This document shows, in pieces, positions 26,767 through 37,497 of a DNA stretch of 64,000 bases. The notes under the pieces are model-generated. The model did no database searches and was not told where the DNA came from. It saw only the letters and a list, made by a program, of their open reading frames with translations. The first letter of the stretch is position 1; every line of letters starts with the position of its first letter. The stretch covers positions 36-64,035 of the IMG/VR virus record IMGVR_UViG_3300045135_000807; one strand, given 5' to 3'. Source of the DNA: a virus. Lineage: Duplodnaviria > Caudoviricetes. Position numbers and translations under genes: made by a program.

Positions 26767-29700
26767 TTAATTATGTGCCTTAGAGTCTGTAACCACTGCA
26801 TTTACAGCAAACAACTCTATAGGGTTAGTATCTGTTTTTGTTAGTTTAATCTTAGCGTAGTAATCTCTGATTTGATCTCCCTCAATAGCTGAGTCAGCAA
26901 CCAAAACAATTACATCATTTTGTGCAACATTGGTAACAGTTGTGTTACAAGTTAAATCTTTTGCACCAGAAATGCTACTAGCTGTAAGTGATAACGCGTC
27001 TAGTTGTGCACCGTTGATCTTATACAAGTAAGATGTGGCACCAAGAGGAAAACTCATGGAAGCTATATCATTCTTGAACGTGATAGTATCATTTGATACA
27101 CTGTCTACTACACCAAGGCCAAAGAATTCGTTTGTGCTGGTAGTACTTACAATGTCAGTGATGCCGTTTCTAGAGGTAGTAGCGCCATGTATATAAGCAT
27201 AGTACATACCTTCTTTCTTCTTGAATGAGGTATCGTCAATGGTCGCTGATTGATTTGTAGTAGATACAACAGCATCCCATGCAGCGTTACCCTCAAGAGA
27301 TATACTCTCAAAAGTTTTAACAGCTGATGGTGACTTGCGAGACACTACCTCAACAATAGATTCTGCTGTAGCTCCGCCATAGAATGTATTTCTACTTGCT
27401 GTTTCTACGTGTTTATAGATCTTACCATTCTTGAATGAGTACATAGTATTGTGTACACTTACGATGTCTTCTGGTACGTAAGAGTATTCTGTTGTCCACA
27501 CACGATTCTTAATAGAGTATGCCGTAGCAAAGCTATTCAATACAACAGATCCTGTAGAAATAGAACCTTCATCATCAGTGTTACAGTATCCATTGTCAAA
27601 AGTAAACCCAGGCAAGAACATGTTTACATTAATAGCAATGAAGAAATCGTACGTCTTGTTTGTAGCGATACCGTACAAGTTGCTTGTCTGGTATGGCTGA
27701 CTTACATAGATAGGTGCTCCGTTAGCTAACTCATCTAGGTATACTACCGCGCCCAAGCTGTCATCAAAGTTGTCACACATATCGTCAAAATCTCTGACAT
27801 CTGTGCTAAAAGAGAAAACAGCTGAAGGGTTGTAAGAAGTCTGTGCAAGTACTTGCGTGCCTGTAGAGTCTAAAGTTGCTTTATATTCATACTCTCCAGA
27901 GTTTACAATAACTCTAGCTTCAGTGATCTCATCACTAGATATGATGTACTCGTCACTTTCTGAGTCTACGCCAGAAGGCATAAGCTTAGGCTGGTTATTG
28001 CTAATTACATTGAACTTGTCCGTAAAGTAAGAGTCCATGTTAACGTCACTGATAACATTAAGGCCATTACTAGATATACGTATAACCTTACCTGCATTTG
28101 CATCCGCAAAGAATACCGATCCATCTTTGTGGGCAACACTTTCTGGATTCTGCGTTCCGTAGTTACCAGCGTAATACTGCTCTGACTGTAAGATGTTAGT
28201 GCTTAACGCTACAAGGTTTTCACCCTGAGCTGTTGTAATTACATTTCTGTTAACAGCAACTACACCACAACGATCTTCCTGTATGAAGTATAGCTTCTGG
28301 TTATAGCCGACAAGAGACTTAATAGAACCGTGCTCATAAGCAAAGTCTTTAAAGTTTGCTAGCGACAGGTTAAATGAAGATAATCCGTTCTTGTACGCAT
28401 CAATAATGTACGTATCTGAGTACGTAATAGAGCCTTTACGCTTTAGTGTTTCAGCGTTAGGTATATAAGATATAGGACGGCCAATAGAACTGCTCTTAGA
28501 ATCAAAGAAATCACTTACAGAATAGTCCTCTATATACTCTACTATACTGGTTAGTGGTCTGTATCTAGCAGATCCAGATGTGTTTTTTAGGTTTCTAGGA
28601 GACGTGTATATTAATCTTCTTCTAAAATAGATATCGCCTAACAAAAGGTCTATTGCTGGATCTGGATTTGTAATAGTAACACCCGTATATGTATCATTAG
28701 TCACAGAAGCGGTAGACGTGAAGTAAGCATAATAATTGCTACCGTCTTTCCAGACGTTACCAACTGTAACAGATATACCAGAAATAAGCAACACATCTCC
28801 CTTAAACATTCTAGTAGTACTAGACAGAAGCTGTGAATTGTAATACGTATTATTAGCTACAGTAATATCAATGGTTGATCCAGAACGATCGCTCTGATGC
28901 TCTCCGTTTTCAATATCATAATTTATACCAAGTTCGTAATAAATATTTTTATCAGTAGTGTCCTGGCTGTATATCTCTACAACACATTTTTTCATCCAGT
29001 TTGTATCCTTGTTAAGGATGGATGTTCTGGTAAATCCAGTGGCTGCTGTATTTTCTTCTATGATTAAGAAAGCACCTGTAGTGTAGTTTAGTGAGATGTC
29101 CGAAGACTTGTCTAGTATAGGATTAGAAGTATCATCCGCTAAATCAGTAAATCCAACGATGTTAAATTCCTCTGTTATTCTTTGATCATCATCATATACA
29201 ATAACGCGTAACACATCTCCTTTAGAATAAGAGTACTGTAAGTCTGCTCCAGTGCTATTATTGTACCCCTTTTTCTCAGAAAACAAAGAGTTTAAAGAAA
29301 GGTATATCAAATTATTGGGAGATACATTTTGTGCTGAGTCTTCTGTTCTAAATGGAATAAACGCACCGTCAATACCGTACATTAATTTCAGTTGATTAGA
29401 TCCACTACCAACATAAACAGGAGCCCACTTTCTGGCCCATGAAGGTGGACTGCTTGACAATCTCATTACTATAGATGATGGCCCATATAAATCATCCTCA
29501 TTTGATCTGTTGTTCAGTGATTCAATATATACATCACCTACTTCTTGTACACCAGAGCTTCTATTTCTGTCATCGTAGTAAACAATCCCTAGTTTATGTG
29601 AAGATCCAGACTTAAAAGATTTTTGAGAAAAATCGTTTTCCCTAGATATGAAACACGAACCTGCAATAAAAGACTGTTGAAATTGATAGCTCAAATTATA

Positions 29701-31365
29701 ATCTGCGTAATCAATCTCTATAATGTCTGCAAACTCAACATTTTTCTTTTTGTTGTTTTTGAAAAACTCAACTACACGAAGCTCTAAAAATTGTATGTCC
29801 AGCTCAATGTTAGTAGCTGATAGCTCAACAGGTTTTATAGTAGCTCTTCCCTGGAATCTTGCTGTTTCTTCTGCCCAGTTGGTACCAGTGTTATTAAGGT
29901 CCACATACTGGCCTTGTGTGGGCGACAGCAAAAGATCATACTTCTTTGAAGTTAGTCTGTCTCTAAAAAGCTTTACAGCATCAGCTTTACTTGTACCTGC
30001 GGGCACTGGTATGATCTCAGAAATATAAAGACCTTCACTTAGAAAAGTTATATATTCCTCTGTTTTTGTTATTGTATAAGTCTCTAATCCTGTGCCATCA
30101 AGATCTGAAAACGCTATACTAAAATTATCAAAATCTAAATTTGATGTAGCTGTATTGCCTCCAACATATACTTCGTCTCCTGATAAAACAAAGTCTACAT
30201 ATATGATGGAATCAGATACAAAGCTGCTCGGCAAATCACTATCGTTTATAGTAAATCCTGTTGGACTACTTGCTCCGGAATATGGCGTTAAAGTTAAATT
30301 GTAGATGTTCTCTATAGCCTTGTAATTGGCTAACAAATCTACATCTACGTCTAAGTTTGGATACCCTTCTGTATATCCTCCGTACATTAAACGCCCTCCG
30401 ACAATCTCTTGAGAGTCTGCAAGCTGAGGTACATTATCATACAGCTTTTGTGTTTCTGTTTCTGAGAGTGCTGCACCGATAACACTATTCGTAAAGTTGA
30501 CGGTGTGAACGTTAGATGTGCCATTGTTGTCAATTTCATCTATCTCGTAGAACACACCGCTATTACCGTTGCGAGCATACACTACAATCTTGTCTACGTC
30601 AGCTACGCTGTGACGCACGTAAACATCTATCTGGTTGTAAAAGTCTTTTGCCGATTCTGTGTTGAATCCATCACGCAACTGAGCAACGGAAACAGCAGCA
30701 GAAGAATATGGGCTCAAGGCACTGTGCTCACCATCAGCATACACATACTTGTACGCGAACTGAAAAACCTTTTCCTTGATCCTGTTATCTTTTACATCAG
30801 GGTTATTTACAATATTATAAGTAGGAGCTTTTAGTGGTGGCTGTTTAGCGACCGTCAAGAACAACAGCTTCTCTTCATCAGTGCCATTGTAAAACTTAGG
30901 AGGATAGTCGTTACGCAACGCCTTAGAAGCATTAATCTTCTTAGGATCAGACAGACTATCGTTGAAGTATAAAAGCTCGTCTCCATCTTCGGTAACGATT
31001 ACGTTACCTTTTACAAATCCGTTTCTAGAAAACTCTAACACAGAATCTTTGTACACCTGTGATGCTGAATCATTACCAGTGCTATATTTATATATGCAGT
31101 GGTCATCGTTGCTGTTCCATACAAAGTAGTATATACTACCGCTCTGCTCTACAGCCACTGATCCAATCACCTTGTTTGTGCCCGCAGGCAACGCAGTGTT
31201 TAACGTAATCTCTGTGTTCCCATAGGCATTCTTTAAGACCATAGCATCACCATCATCTTCTGTAGAAATGCGTACGTTCAACGCATCAGTCATCTCTACA
31301 GGTTTGATCAGACGCTCATCATTGTCTTTGTTGAGATACCTGGGGGTTAGCTTATCTATAGCCAT
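26767..31365 (-). CDS. Tail stabilization / nozzle-like protein
   Basis: 1532 aa, beta-rich; LNKDNDERLI...DALNVRI N-terminus; follows two ring-protein-sized genes as in podovirus/crAss-like layouts. Confidence 0.7.
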   Translation of the reverse strand: MAIDKLTPRYLNKDNDERLIKPVEMTDALNVRISTEDDGDAMVLKNAYGNTEITLNTALPAGTNKVIGSVAVEQSGSIYYFVWNSNDDHCIYKYSTGNDSASQVYKDSVLEFSRNGFVKGNVIVTEDGDELLYFNDSLSDPKKINASKALRNDYPPKFYNGTDEEKLLFLTVAKQPPLKAPTYNIVNNPDVKDNRIKEKVFQFAYKYVYADGEHSALSPYSSAAVSVAQLRDGFNTESAKDFYNQIDVYVRHSVADVDKIVVYARNGNSGVFYEIDEIDNNGTSNVHTVNFTNSVIGAALSETETQKLYDNVPQLADSQEIVGGRLMYGGYTEGYPNLDVDVDLLANYKAIENIYNLTLTPYSGASSPTGFTINDSDLPSSFVSDSIIYVDFVLSGDEVYVGGNTATSNLDFDNFSIAFSDLDGTGLETYTITKTEEYITFLSEGLYISEIIPVPAGTSKADAVKLFRDRLTSKKYDLLLSPTQGQYVDLNNTGTNWAEETARFQGRATIKPVELSATNIELDIQFLELRVVEFFKNNKKKNVEFADIIEIDYADYNLSYQFQQSFIAGSCFISRENDFSQKSFKSGSSHKLGIVYYDDRNRSSGVQEVGDVYIESLNNRSNEDDLYGPSSIVMRLSSSPPSWARKWAPVYVGSGSNQLKLMYGIDGAFIPFRTEDSAQNVSPNNLIYLSLNSLFSEKKGYNNSTGADLQYSYSKGDVLRVIVYDDDQRITEEFNIVGFTDLADDTSNPILDKSSDISLNYTTGAFLIIEENTAATGFTRTSILNKDTNWMKKCVVEIYSQDTTDKNIYYELGINYDIENGEHQSDRSGSTIDITVANNTYYNSQLLSSTTRMFKGDVLLISGISVTVGNVWKDGSNYYAYFTSTASVTNDTYTGVTITNPDPAIDLLLGDIYFRRRLIYTSPRNLKNTSGSARYRPLTSIVEYIEDYSVSDFFDSKSSSIGRPISYIPNAETLKRKGSITYSDTYIIDAYKNGLSSFNLSLANFKDFAYEHGSIKSLVGYNQKLYFIQEDRCGVVAVNRNVITTAQGENLVALSTNILQSEQYYAGNYGTQNPESVAHKDGSVFFADANAGKVIRISSNGLNVISDVNMDSYFTDKFNVISNNQPKLMPSGVDSESDEYIISSDEITEARVIVNSGEYEYKATLDSTGTQVLAQTSYNPSAVFSFSTDVRDFDDMCDNFDDSLGAVVYLDELANGAPIYVSQPYQTSNLYGIATNKTYDFFIAINVNMFLPGFTFDNGYCNTDDEGSISTGSVVLNSFATAYSIKNRVWTTEYSYVPEDIVSVHNTMYSFKNGKIYKHVETASRNTFYGGATAESIVEVVSRKSPSAVKTFESISLEGNAAWDAVVSTTNQSATIDDTSFKKKEGMYYAYIHGATTSRNGITDIVSTTSTNEFFGLGVVDSVSNDTITFKNDIASMSFPLGATSYLYKINGAQLDALSLTASSISGAKDLTCNTTVTNVAQNDVIVLVADSAIEGDQIRDYYAKIKLTKTDTNPIELFAVNAVVTDSKAHN

Positions 31366-31367
31366 AA

Positions 31368-32108
31368 TTAGTACTTAGGCGATTGACGGAAATTTTTTCT
31401 AATCATTGACAACGCATCTTGCTTGCCGAATGACTTCATTCTTGCGTTAGCTTTTCTACGCTCGTTGTAGTATTCCTGGCGAGCTCTTGCTTTCTCAGCT
31501 GCCGGAACGTTACTCTTGCGCTCTACAAGCTTGTAATAAATGTATGATCTAAGACACTCCTCAGCAAATTTGTGTACCGTAGGAGATGTAGATAATGCTT
31601 CATCTGCAATATATTCAATAGCAATAGTCTTTGAGCCTACGCTACTGGACAGTTCAATTCTGTTCTGGTCGTAGTTAATACGGTATTCACCAGCACCCTT
31701 GCCGCCACCCATGCCATACAAACGTCCCTGAGAACCATTGGCAATGTAGTTGCGATACACCTCTGAATCAAATGCAGTGTATCCAGGAATAACATCTTTG
31801 TTACGACCGGCAATAAGATTGATGTTCTTGTTCTCTACAAACTGATACACCAATCCATCAGAGCCAATGATACCAAGCTTGAGCAGGCCTACAAAATCTG
31901 TCGGCAATGTTGCTGTTCCTTTTGTTTGGTCCACAGCAATCTCAACACCCTTGACCCTTAGGCCCATGTCAAAGCCAATCTCTCTTACACCTCTTAACGC
32001 AAAGTTGCGTACAACAACTTCAGAAGCATTGTTAGCGTAGTCGTCATAACCCATCGTAAGCATGAAGTCATTGACGATCTGATCTATTGATACGGTTTCT
32101 AACGACAT
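31368..32108 (-). CDS. Putative tail tubular / ring protein
   Basis: 246 aa; LPTDFV motif; position between capsid and nozzle genes. Confidence 0.6.
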   Translation of the reverse strand: MSLETVSIDQIVNDFMLTMGYDDYANNASEVVVRNFALRGVREIGFDMGLRVKGVEIAVDQTKGTATLPTDFVGLLKLGIIGSDGLVYQFVENKNINLIAGRNKDVIPGYTAFDSEVYRNYIANGSQGRLYGMGGGKGAGEYRINYDQNRIELSSSVGSKTIAIEYIADEALSTSPTVHKFAEECLRSYIYYKLVERKSNVPAAEKARARQEYYNERRKANARMKSFGKQDALSMIRKNFRQSPKY

Positions 32109-32851
32109 TATTTATTATCTTCTTTTTGCTTCTCAACAGCTGCGTATTGTGCAACAGCAGTATCTCGCAGGTTAATACCAATGAGCTGAGCAATCTCTAC
32201 AACAAGGTCACCAAAGAAGTGCTCTGGCAATTCAAAATCTACACTATTAGTAGCATCAAAAATCTCAACACCAGGAACAGAAGAAATGTAACTGAATTTA
32301 GGCTGTGATGCTGTCTTAGCTCCAGTTGTAGGGTTTAGTCCTTGTGGCTGTTTGTAGTATCGTAGCTCAATCTTTTTAATAGTAGTAGGGAATACCTCAA
32401 TAACATCTCCTACTAAAGCAATAGGTGAAGTTTCACTAGGGTTAGATAGGTCACTCATCAACGCACGATCAATATCTTCTTGATTATGCATCAGCTGAAT
32501 GTTCGTACCTACACTAGAACCAAACACATAAGAGCTGTTGGTTGTCATTGAAGATACTCGTGCCAAGTCACTCGGCTTAGTAAACACACCATTAGCCTGT
32601 GTCAATTTAGACTTCTTCTGGAAGACAGATAAGTCCTCATCAATATTTTTAGTCTTGCCTAAACTTTTTCCTGGGTCAATGCCAGCTCTACGGAAACGCA
32701 TTGCATTTCGGTGCTCATCAAACAATCTATTGAAGATGTTCATCTGAGCCAAACCAGCAAAACTGTTGAATACAGCTGGAGAGACAAAGCCCTTTTGGTC
32801 CTTGTTGACCAGGTCTTTTAACGCTGTATATACTCTATTTACACTTGCCAT
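32108..32851 (-). CDS. Putative head-tail adaptor / ring protein
   Basis: 247 aa; NKDQKGFVSPAVFN...YYKQP...DFELPE pattern; position. Confidence 0.6.
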   Translation of the reverse strand: MASVNRVYTALKDLVNKDQKGFVSPAVFNSFAGLAQMNIFNRLFDEHRNAMRFRRAGIDPGKSLGKTKNIDEDLSVFQKKSKLTQANGVFTKPSDLARVSSMTTNSSYVFGSSVGTNIQLMHNQEDIDRALMSDLSNPSETSPIALVGDVIEVFPTTIKKIELRYYKQPQGLNPTTGAKTASQPKFSYISSVPGVEIFDATNSVDFELPEHFFGDLVVEIAQLIGINLRDTAVAQYAAVEKQKEDNK

Positions 32852-32871
32852 TGTTTACTTATTAAGTACTA

Positions 32872-32879
32872 CAAATATA
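32872..32879 (-). promoter_or_regulatory. TAnnTTTG -7 promoter box
   Basis: TATATTTG upstream of 32851, just after a terminator. Confidence 0.6.
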
Positions 32880-32881
32880 CG

Positions 32882-32912
32882 AAAAGAAAAGGGGCCACAA
32901 TTTGCGGCCCCT
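32882..32912 (-). terminator. Rho-independent terminator
   Basis: On the - strand: AGGGGCCGC-AAATT-GTGGCCCCT followed by Ts. Confidence 0.75.
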
Positions 32913-32939
32913 CTGCTTAACAATCTACGTAACAGGTAC

Positions 32940-33761
32940 TTAGATATTATTTAGTTCTTCTAGGATACGGTCGTATGTTGACGCACCTTTCTCTGTCATA
33001 AAGAAACGAACAGCTACATCAATAGGGTCTGCACCTACAGGTGAAGAAACAATTAGTCGGTTGCTGTCATACCAATATACACCATCTTGTTTAACTGCAA
33101 GAATCTGGAAGTCTTTAGCTTGCATAACAGCAGAACGACACTTCACATGTGGGTTGTCAAACAATCCGATGAAACGTGCTGGATTCTTCTTAGCGTCTCT
33201 AAGTAATTCTCGCTTGATCTCAGAGTTCTTTTGATTGATGCTGATACCAAGGCTTAGCGCAACAGGAAGAAGGTCCTCAATAGGCTTATTCTTAATCAAA
33301 GAAATAGCTTCATGCATAGCGAATTCGCGATCCAATTCTTCTTCAGCTGTTTTAGCTTTGTCAACTTCCTTAAATAAGTTACCTCCATTTGCTTGGTTGT
33401 CAGGATGACGATCCAAGAACTCAATCAAAGTAGGCTTAGTAAAATCAACAGCAAGCATCTTATCTCTAAATACGATGTGCTCTCTTTGTGCGTACTGGCT
33501 TTGTTCGTCACGCATAATTGTGCGTTCGTTAGGACAGTAGCGCAATGCTACAGTAGTTCTTTCTGTTTGGTCGTATACAACAACCTCAGAAGGAATTCTA
33601 CAAACGATACCACCACCTTTGATGATCTCGTAAAACTTAGTTGTTTGTGGGTTAATAACCTGTCGTACAGAATAGTCTACAGGTTTTGCTGTTGGAACAG
33701 CTGCGGTTGGCTCCTCTCTCTTAGGGCGGCCAGGGCTTTTTTTAGCTGTAGTATTAGCCAT
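32940..33761 (-). CDS. Conserved phage protein downstream of the major capsid gene
   Basis: 273-aa ORF; N-terminal GRPKR AT-hook-like motif. Confidence 0.6.
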   Translation of the reverse strand: MANTTAKKSPGRPKREEPTAAVPTAKPVDYSVRQVINPQTTKFYEIIKGGGIVCRIPSEVVVYDQTERTTVALRYCPNERTIMRDEQSQYAQREHIVFRDKMLAVDFTKPTLIEFLDRHPDNQANGGNLFKEVDKAKTAEEELDREFAMHEAISLIKNKPIEDLLPVALSLGISINQKNSEIKRELLRDAKKNPARFIGLFDNPHVKCRSAVMQAKDFQILAVKQDGVYWYDSNRLIVSSPVGADPIDVAVRFFMTEKGASTYDRILEELNNI

Positions 33762-33784
33762 TGTATTGAATATTAAATTAAATA

Positions 33785-33820
33785 AAAAATAAAAAGGAAG
33801 AGGCCCTAAAGCCCCTTCCT
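33785..33820 (-). terminator. Terminator after the major capsid gene
   Basis: On the - strand: AGGAAGGGGC...CTCTTCCT imperfect stem followed by a T-run. Confidence 0.65.
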
Positions 33821-33833
33821 ATGTGATGATCAA

Positions 33834-35201
33834 TTATTCACGGATCAAAACGTGCTGGTTAGCTGCACGAGTAACCAAGTTGCACTCAGAGCGGTAGTTG
33901 AACTGCAAGCTATCATCGTTGGTGTTAGTAACACCCAAGATAGAACCAGTCATCCAGTGCTCCATTTCACGGCTGTAACCGTCAAGTGCTTTGTAGTTCA
34001 TCTCTAGAGCGGCAGAACGGCTACCGGTCTTAGGATCAACAACAGAAGTCAAAGGAATCATTGCACCAATGAAGCCTGAGCTACCCAACAATGTTGGATC
34101 GTTCAACAACTTCCAAGACTTGTTGTGGAATGTGTATCCACCACGAGTGAATGATTTGAATCCTAGCTTCACAGCTTGGTCAGCATTCTGGAATGCACCG
34201 AAAGCCATAGGGCCGTTAGTTGGATCAGCGAATCCAGCAGCGCCATTCAAGCCAGCTACCATATCGTCAATTGCCAACATCTGCTTAGTGTTGCTGTAAA
34301 CAGCGTACTCAGGAGCAGCACCTTGCTTATCCAATTCAGCGATAATCAAGTCTAGGTTAGCCAAGCTTGACAATACAGCACCAGAACCAGTAGCTTCTAC
34401 GATACCGCGATCTTCAATAGCTGCAAAGTAACCTTCAGAACCAGAGATAGCTGCGCTACCTGAAGTTGCTGTTGCACTGTAGTTAGCGTTTTTCTCACCT
34501 AGCAACATCATCATCTCACGCTTGTCTAGGAAGCGCTGACGAGTGTCCATCTCACCTTTGATGTACCAGCGGTAGTCGCCGTTACCCAAGTTGATGTAGC
34601 CAATGTTTGTAGCTTGAGAACCAGTAACCTTGAATGTTTCTTTCAAGATCATGTATGGGTTTTCACGCAATACAACGTTGCTTTCCAAGTACTCTGCTGG
34701 CTGTCCTGAACCTTCTGGGTGCAAGTTACCAATGATAGCTGCGTCAACAGCACCAGAAGTTGGGTTAGCACCACCGTCCAAAGCAACAACAGTCAAATCG
34801 TAAGAAGTGGCTGGAGTAGCATCAGGAGTTACTGCTGTTACCAAGTAACGATCAGAACCAATCAACAATACATCTTGTACACGAGCGTAGATAGCTTCGT
34901 CAGCAAGAGTTACTACGATATCTCCGTTTGCATCCCAGTCACCAGTTTGGCGTGCGTGCAAGCGAGCTTCTTCCCACCATTGTACTTTGGTAGCGTTTCC
35001 GGCAGACTTAACTGCTCCTGTCATTTGCAAGAACCCAGTGATACCTTGATCACCGTAAGTTTTTACAAGCGCCTCACGAATATCGGGGCGGTTTACTTCA
35101 TCAATGAAGTCACCTAGAGAGGTGTACTTCGCTGGATCCAAGCGCTTAATCGCCTGGTTTACTCCACCACTGATGGTGGGCTGTCCTGATTTTAAAGCCA
35201 T
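33834..35201 (-). CDS. Major capsid protein
   Basis: 455 aa, follows an acidic scaffold-like gene and precedes a terminator; WWEEARLH and SECNLVTRAAN resemble Bacteroidota phage MCPs. Confidence 0.8.
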   Translation of the reverse strand: MALKSGQPTISGGVNQAIKRLDPAKYTSLGDFIDEVNRPDIREALVKTYGDQGITGFLQMTGAVKSAGNATKVQWWEEARLHARQTGDWDANGDIVVTLADEAIYARVQDVLLIGSDRYLVTAVTPDATPATSYDLTVVALDGGANPTSGAVDAAIIGNLHPEGSGQPAEYLESNVVLRENPYMILKETFKVTGSQATNIGYINLGNGDYRWYIKGEMDTRQRFLDKREMMMLLGEKNANYSATATSGSAAISGSEGYFAAIEDRGIVEATGSGAVLSSLANLDLIIAELDKQGAAPEYAVYSNTKQMLAIDDMVAGLNGAAGFADPTNGPMAFGAFQNADQAVKLGFKSFTRGGYTFHNKSWKLLNDPTLLGSSGFIGAMIPLTSVVDPKTGSRSAALEMNYKALDGYSREMEHWMTGSILGVTNTNDDSLQFNYRSECNLVTRAANQHVLIRE

Positions 35202-35220
35202 GCTCTAAATTTTTTATTTG

Positions 35221-36375
35221 TTAGAAAAATTTCAAAGTTTTGTCTACACCTAACGCATCTAAGATTTGTTGGGAGACATTATCTGTAGGCTGTGCCGTGC
35301 CTACACCCGGTGTTTTGGTCGCTACATTTGCAGCTTGGTCAACGACCTTACGTTGTCCATCACTCAACCCTTGCTGATACAATGATTTAGCAATCGCATC
35401 AATGTTGTCAATCAGCGTCTGATGAATGTTGAACTTGTCGTAGTCCCATTGGCCATCCTGACTAATGTATTGATCAAAAAACGACTCAATGTTTCTGTTC
35501 TTGTCAATCAATTGATTACGGTAGGAATCATTAATGCTAAATTCAAACTCTTTCCCGTCTGCCAGCTCAAAGGTGACAGCATCAAGATTATTGGTTTGCT
35601 CTTGCATGTTCTGAATCCAGCGGTCATCAATCGGTGATTGAACAGCTTCCTCTTGTCGTGGTGCTGGAGCAGCGAACTGTGAGCGTACCTCGTCAATTCC
35701 CTGTCTAGCTTTTTCAGCATCAATCTTTAGCTGTAGCTTGCTAAGCTTGATCTCATCCTCTGAATGATAATCTTCGTCAAGTTTATACTTAGAGCCAACA
35801 AGCATATCAATCTCCTCACCGCTAAGGTTAGGATACTCGTTTGACATAGATACACGGATAGCTGTCATGTCGTCCATTTCGGAAGGATTCAAGCTTTGGT
35901 ATCTAAACCAATCTTCTGGATTGCGGCCTGTTTGCTGTACAAAGTCAGCGATCGCCTTAACACGCTCATCAATTTGTGGTTGCTGAGATTGTTGCTGTAG
36001 TTGTTGCATTACTGCCGACAGCTGATCAATACTCTCTATCTCCACGCCAAGCTTTTCGCTAACGTAACGAGATACAGCTGACTCATCAAGTGTCATCTGT
36101 TCTGCAACAGGTGTTTCCGTATTTAAAGAACTTTCGCCAGCAGGTTCTTCTACTGGCTGAGCAACTGGCTCTTCAGATTCCTGTACAGGTTCTTGTACTT
36201 CTTCTTGTACTTGTTCTTGTACCTCTGGCTCTGCGGGAGGGGTGCTCAAATCTATGTCAAAACTTCCAGGTACTTCTTGTGGAGCGTTCTCCATTCCTTC
36301 CGGCATCGTATCTGAAAAACTAAACCCGGCATCACCGAGTTGACTTTCTAATTGCTGTTCTAATTTATCTTCCAT
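35221..36375 (-). CDS. Putative scaffolding protein
   Basis: Very acidic, E/Q/P-rich helical protein immediately upstream of the MCP. Confidence 0.7.
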   Translation of the reverse strand: MEDKLEQQLESQLGDAGFSFSDTMPEGMENAPQEVPGSFDIDLSTPPAEPEVQEQVQEEVQEPVQESEEPVAQPVEEPAGESSLNTETPVAEQMTLDESAVSRYVSEKLGVEIESIDQLSAVMQQLQQQSQQPQIDERVKAIADFVQQTGRNPEDWFRYQSLNPSEMDDMTAIRVSMSNEYPNLSGEEIDMLVGSKYKLDEDYHSEDEIKLSKLQLKIDAEKARQGIDEVRSQFAAPAPRQEEAVQSPIDDRWIQNMQEQTNNLDAVTFELADGKEFEFSINDSYRNQLIDKNRNIESFFDQYISQDGQWDYDKFNIHQTLIDNIDAIAKSLYQQGLSDGQRKVVDQAANVATKTPGVGTAQPTDNVSQQILDALGVDKTLKFF

Positions 36376-36398
36376 GTTTATTAAATTGAATTGTGTTA

Positions 36399-36406
36399 CA
36401 AAATTA
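36399..36406 (-). promoter_or_regulatory. TAnnTTTG -7 promoter box for scaffold/capsid
   Basis: TAATTTTG upstream of the ATG at 36375. Confidence 0.55.
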
Positions 36407-36428
36407 ACACTTTTATTAATATCTTTTT

Positions 36429-36971
36429 TTATCTGTACTTATTGAAGTACTCCATAATCTCAGACTCTAGTTTAGTGTCCATAACATAGTTGCCGTCATA
36501 CTCAATACTGGCAAAGGTTCCATCGCCTTCCTCAACAATTTCTATTCTGTAGACCACGTTTTCATACTTCACTTCAAACAGCTCACTTCTTCTGAGCATA
36601 CTAATATCGTCATTAGACTGAAATACTTTTTCTACATCCTTATGACTAATATCTAGTAGGTTTACAATCTTTACTACGTATCTAGCATAATTAGCCCCCT
36701 GTGTATCCACTAGGAAGTTTTCTTTTAACGTAGTCATTATATAGAACTGCTGACGCTTATCTAAGCCACCAGAGTCAAATCGTCCTGTAAATTTTACCAG
36801 GGGCAAAGACATAATTACATCTTGTATATCCTTAGATAAGCTGTTGTAATCTATCGTTGTTGTTATTTGAGATGGTTTAGATACATTAGAGTCAAAAGGA
36901 AGTCCTATGAGTCGGTAGTAAGTTTCCAAGCCTACCCTATCTTTTATATGTTTAGTCTTTATCCGTTGCAT
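36429..36971 (-). CDS. Hypothetical protein, last gene of the signalling operon
   Basis: 180 aa; overlaps the upstream gene by 20 nt; FLVDTQGANYARY motif. Confidence 0.7.
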   Translation of the reverse strand: MQRIKTKHIKDRVGLETYYRLIGLPFDSNVSKPSQITTTIDYNSLSKDIQDVIMSLPLVKFTGRFDSGGLDKRQQFYIMTTLKENFLVDTQGANYARYVVKIVNLLDISHKDVEKVFQSNDDISMLRRSELFEVKYENVVYRIEIVEEGDGTFASIEYDGNYVMDTKLESEIMEYFNKYR

Positions 36972-37497
36972 ACTTCACACCCATAATAGTACCTACAATA
37001 CTAAAAGCGTTAGTAAGCAGGATACCAAACATATTAGACCAGGTACTGCCTATAATCTGTGTATCTGTTCCAGACATTATTGCCCATCCATACATTAATG
37101 TCGTAAGCACACCGACTCCTACAATCACCCATAAAGCTACCTTTACAATAGTGCTAATGAGCTCAAACTGCGTGCGCTTCTGCATTACCTCTAGGTCTTC
37201 CAACGCTTCGTCACGCAATTTCTTGGTTTCCTCTAGTGAATTCTGTAACTCTATCACCAACGCCTCCTTGATTACCGCTGCCTCTTCAAGCTCCCTGTTT
37301 TGCTTCTGGACCTGCTTGGTAATCTGTAGGCGTTTCTTCCTAGCTGTTATGTCCTTACGTTTACACTCTTCTATGTAAGCCTTGACAGCAGGATCAGAGG
37401 AATCTTCCAATAGCTTAACAAAGTTTCCTTCTATGTAAACTTTTTTAGCCTTGGCTTTTAATATTGCCTCTTTTACTGTGTCTTTGGAGCTTATCAT
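36952..37497 (-). CDS. Coiled-coil protein with two C-terminal TM helices
   Basis: Heptad region QITKQVQ...EVMQK, then VALWVIVGVGVL and MFGILLTNAFSIVG; 4-nt overlap with the response regulator. Confidence 0.75.
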   Translation of the reverse strand: MISSKDTVKEAILKAKAKKVYIEGNFVKLLEDSSDPAVKAYIEECKRKDITARKKRLQITKQVQKQNRELEEAAVIKEALVIELQNSLEETKKLRDEALEDLEVMQKRTQFELISTIVKVALWVIVGVGVLTTLMYGWAIMSGTDTQIIGSTWSNMFGILLTNAFSIVGTIMGVKYATDKD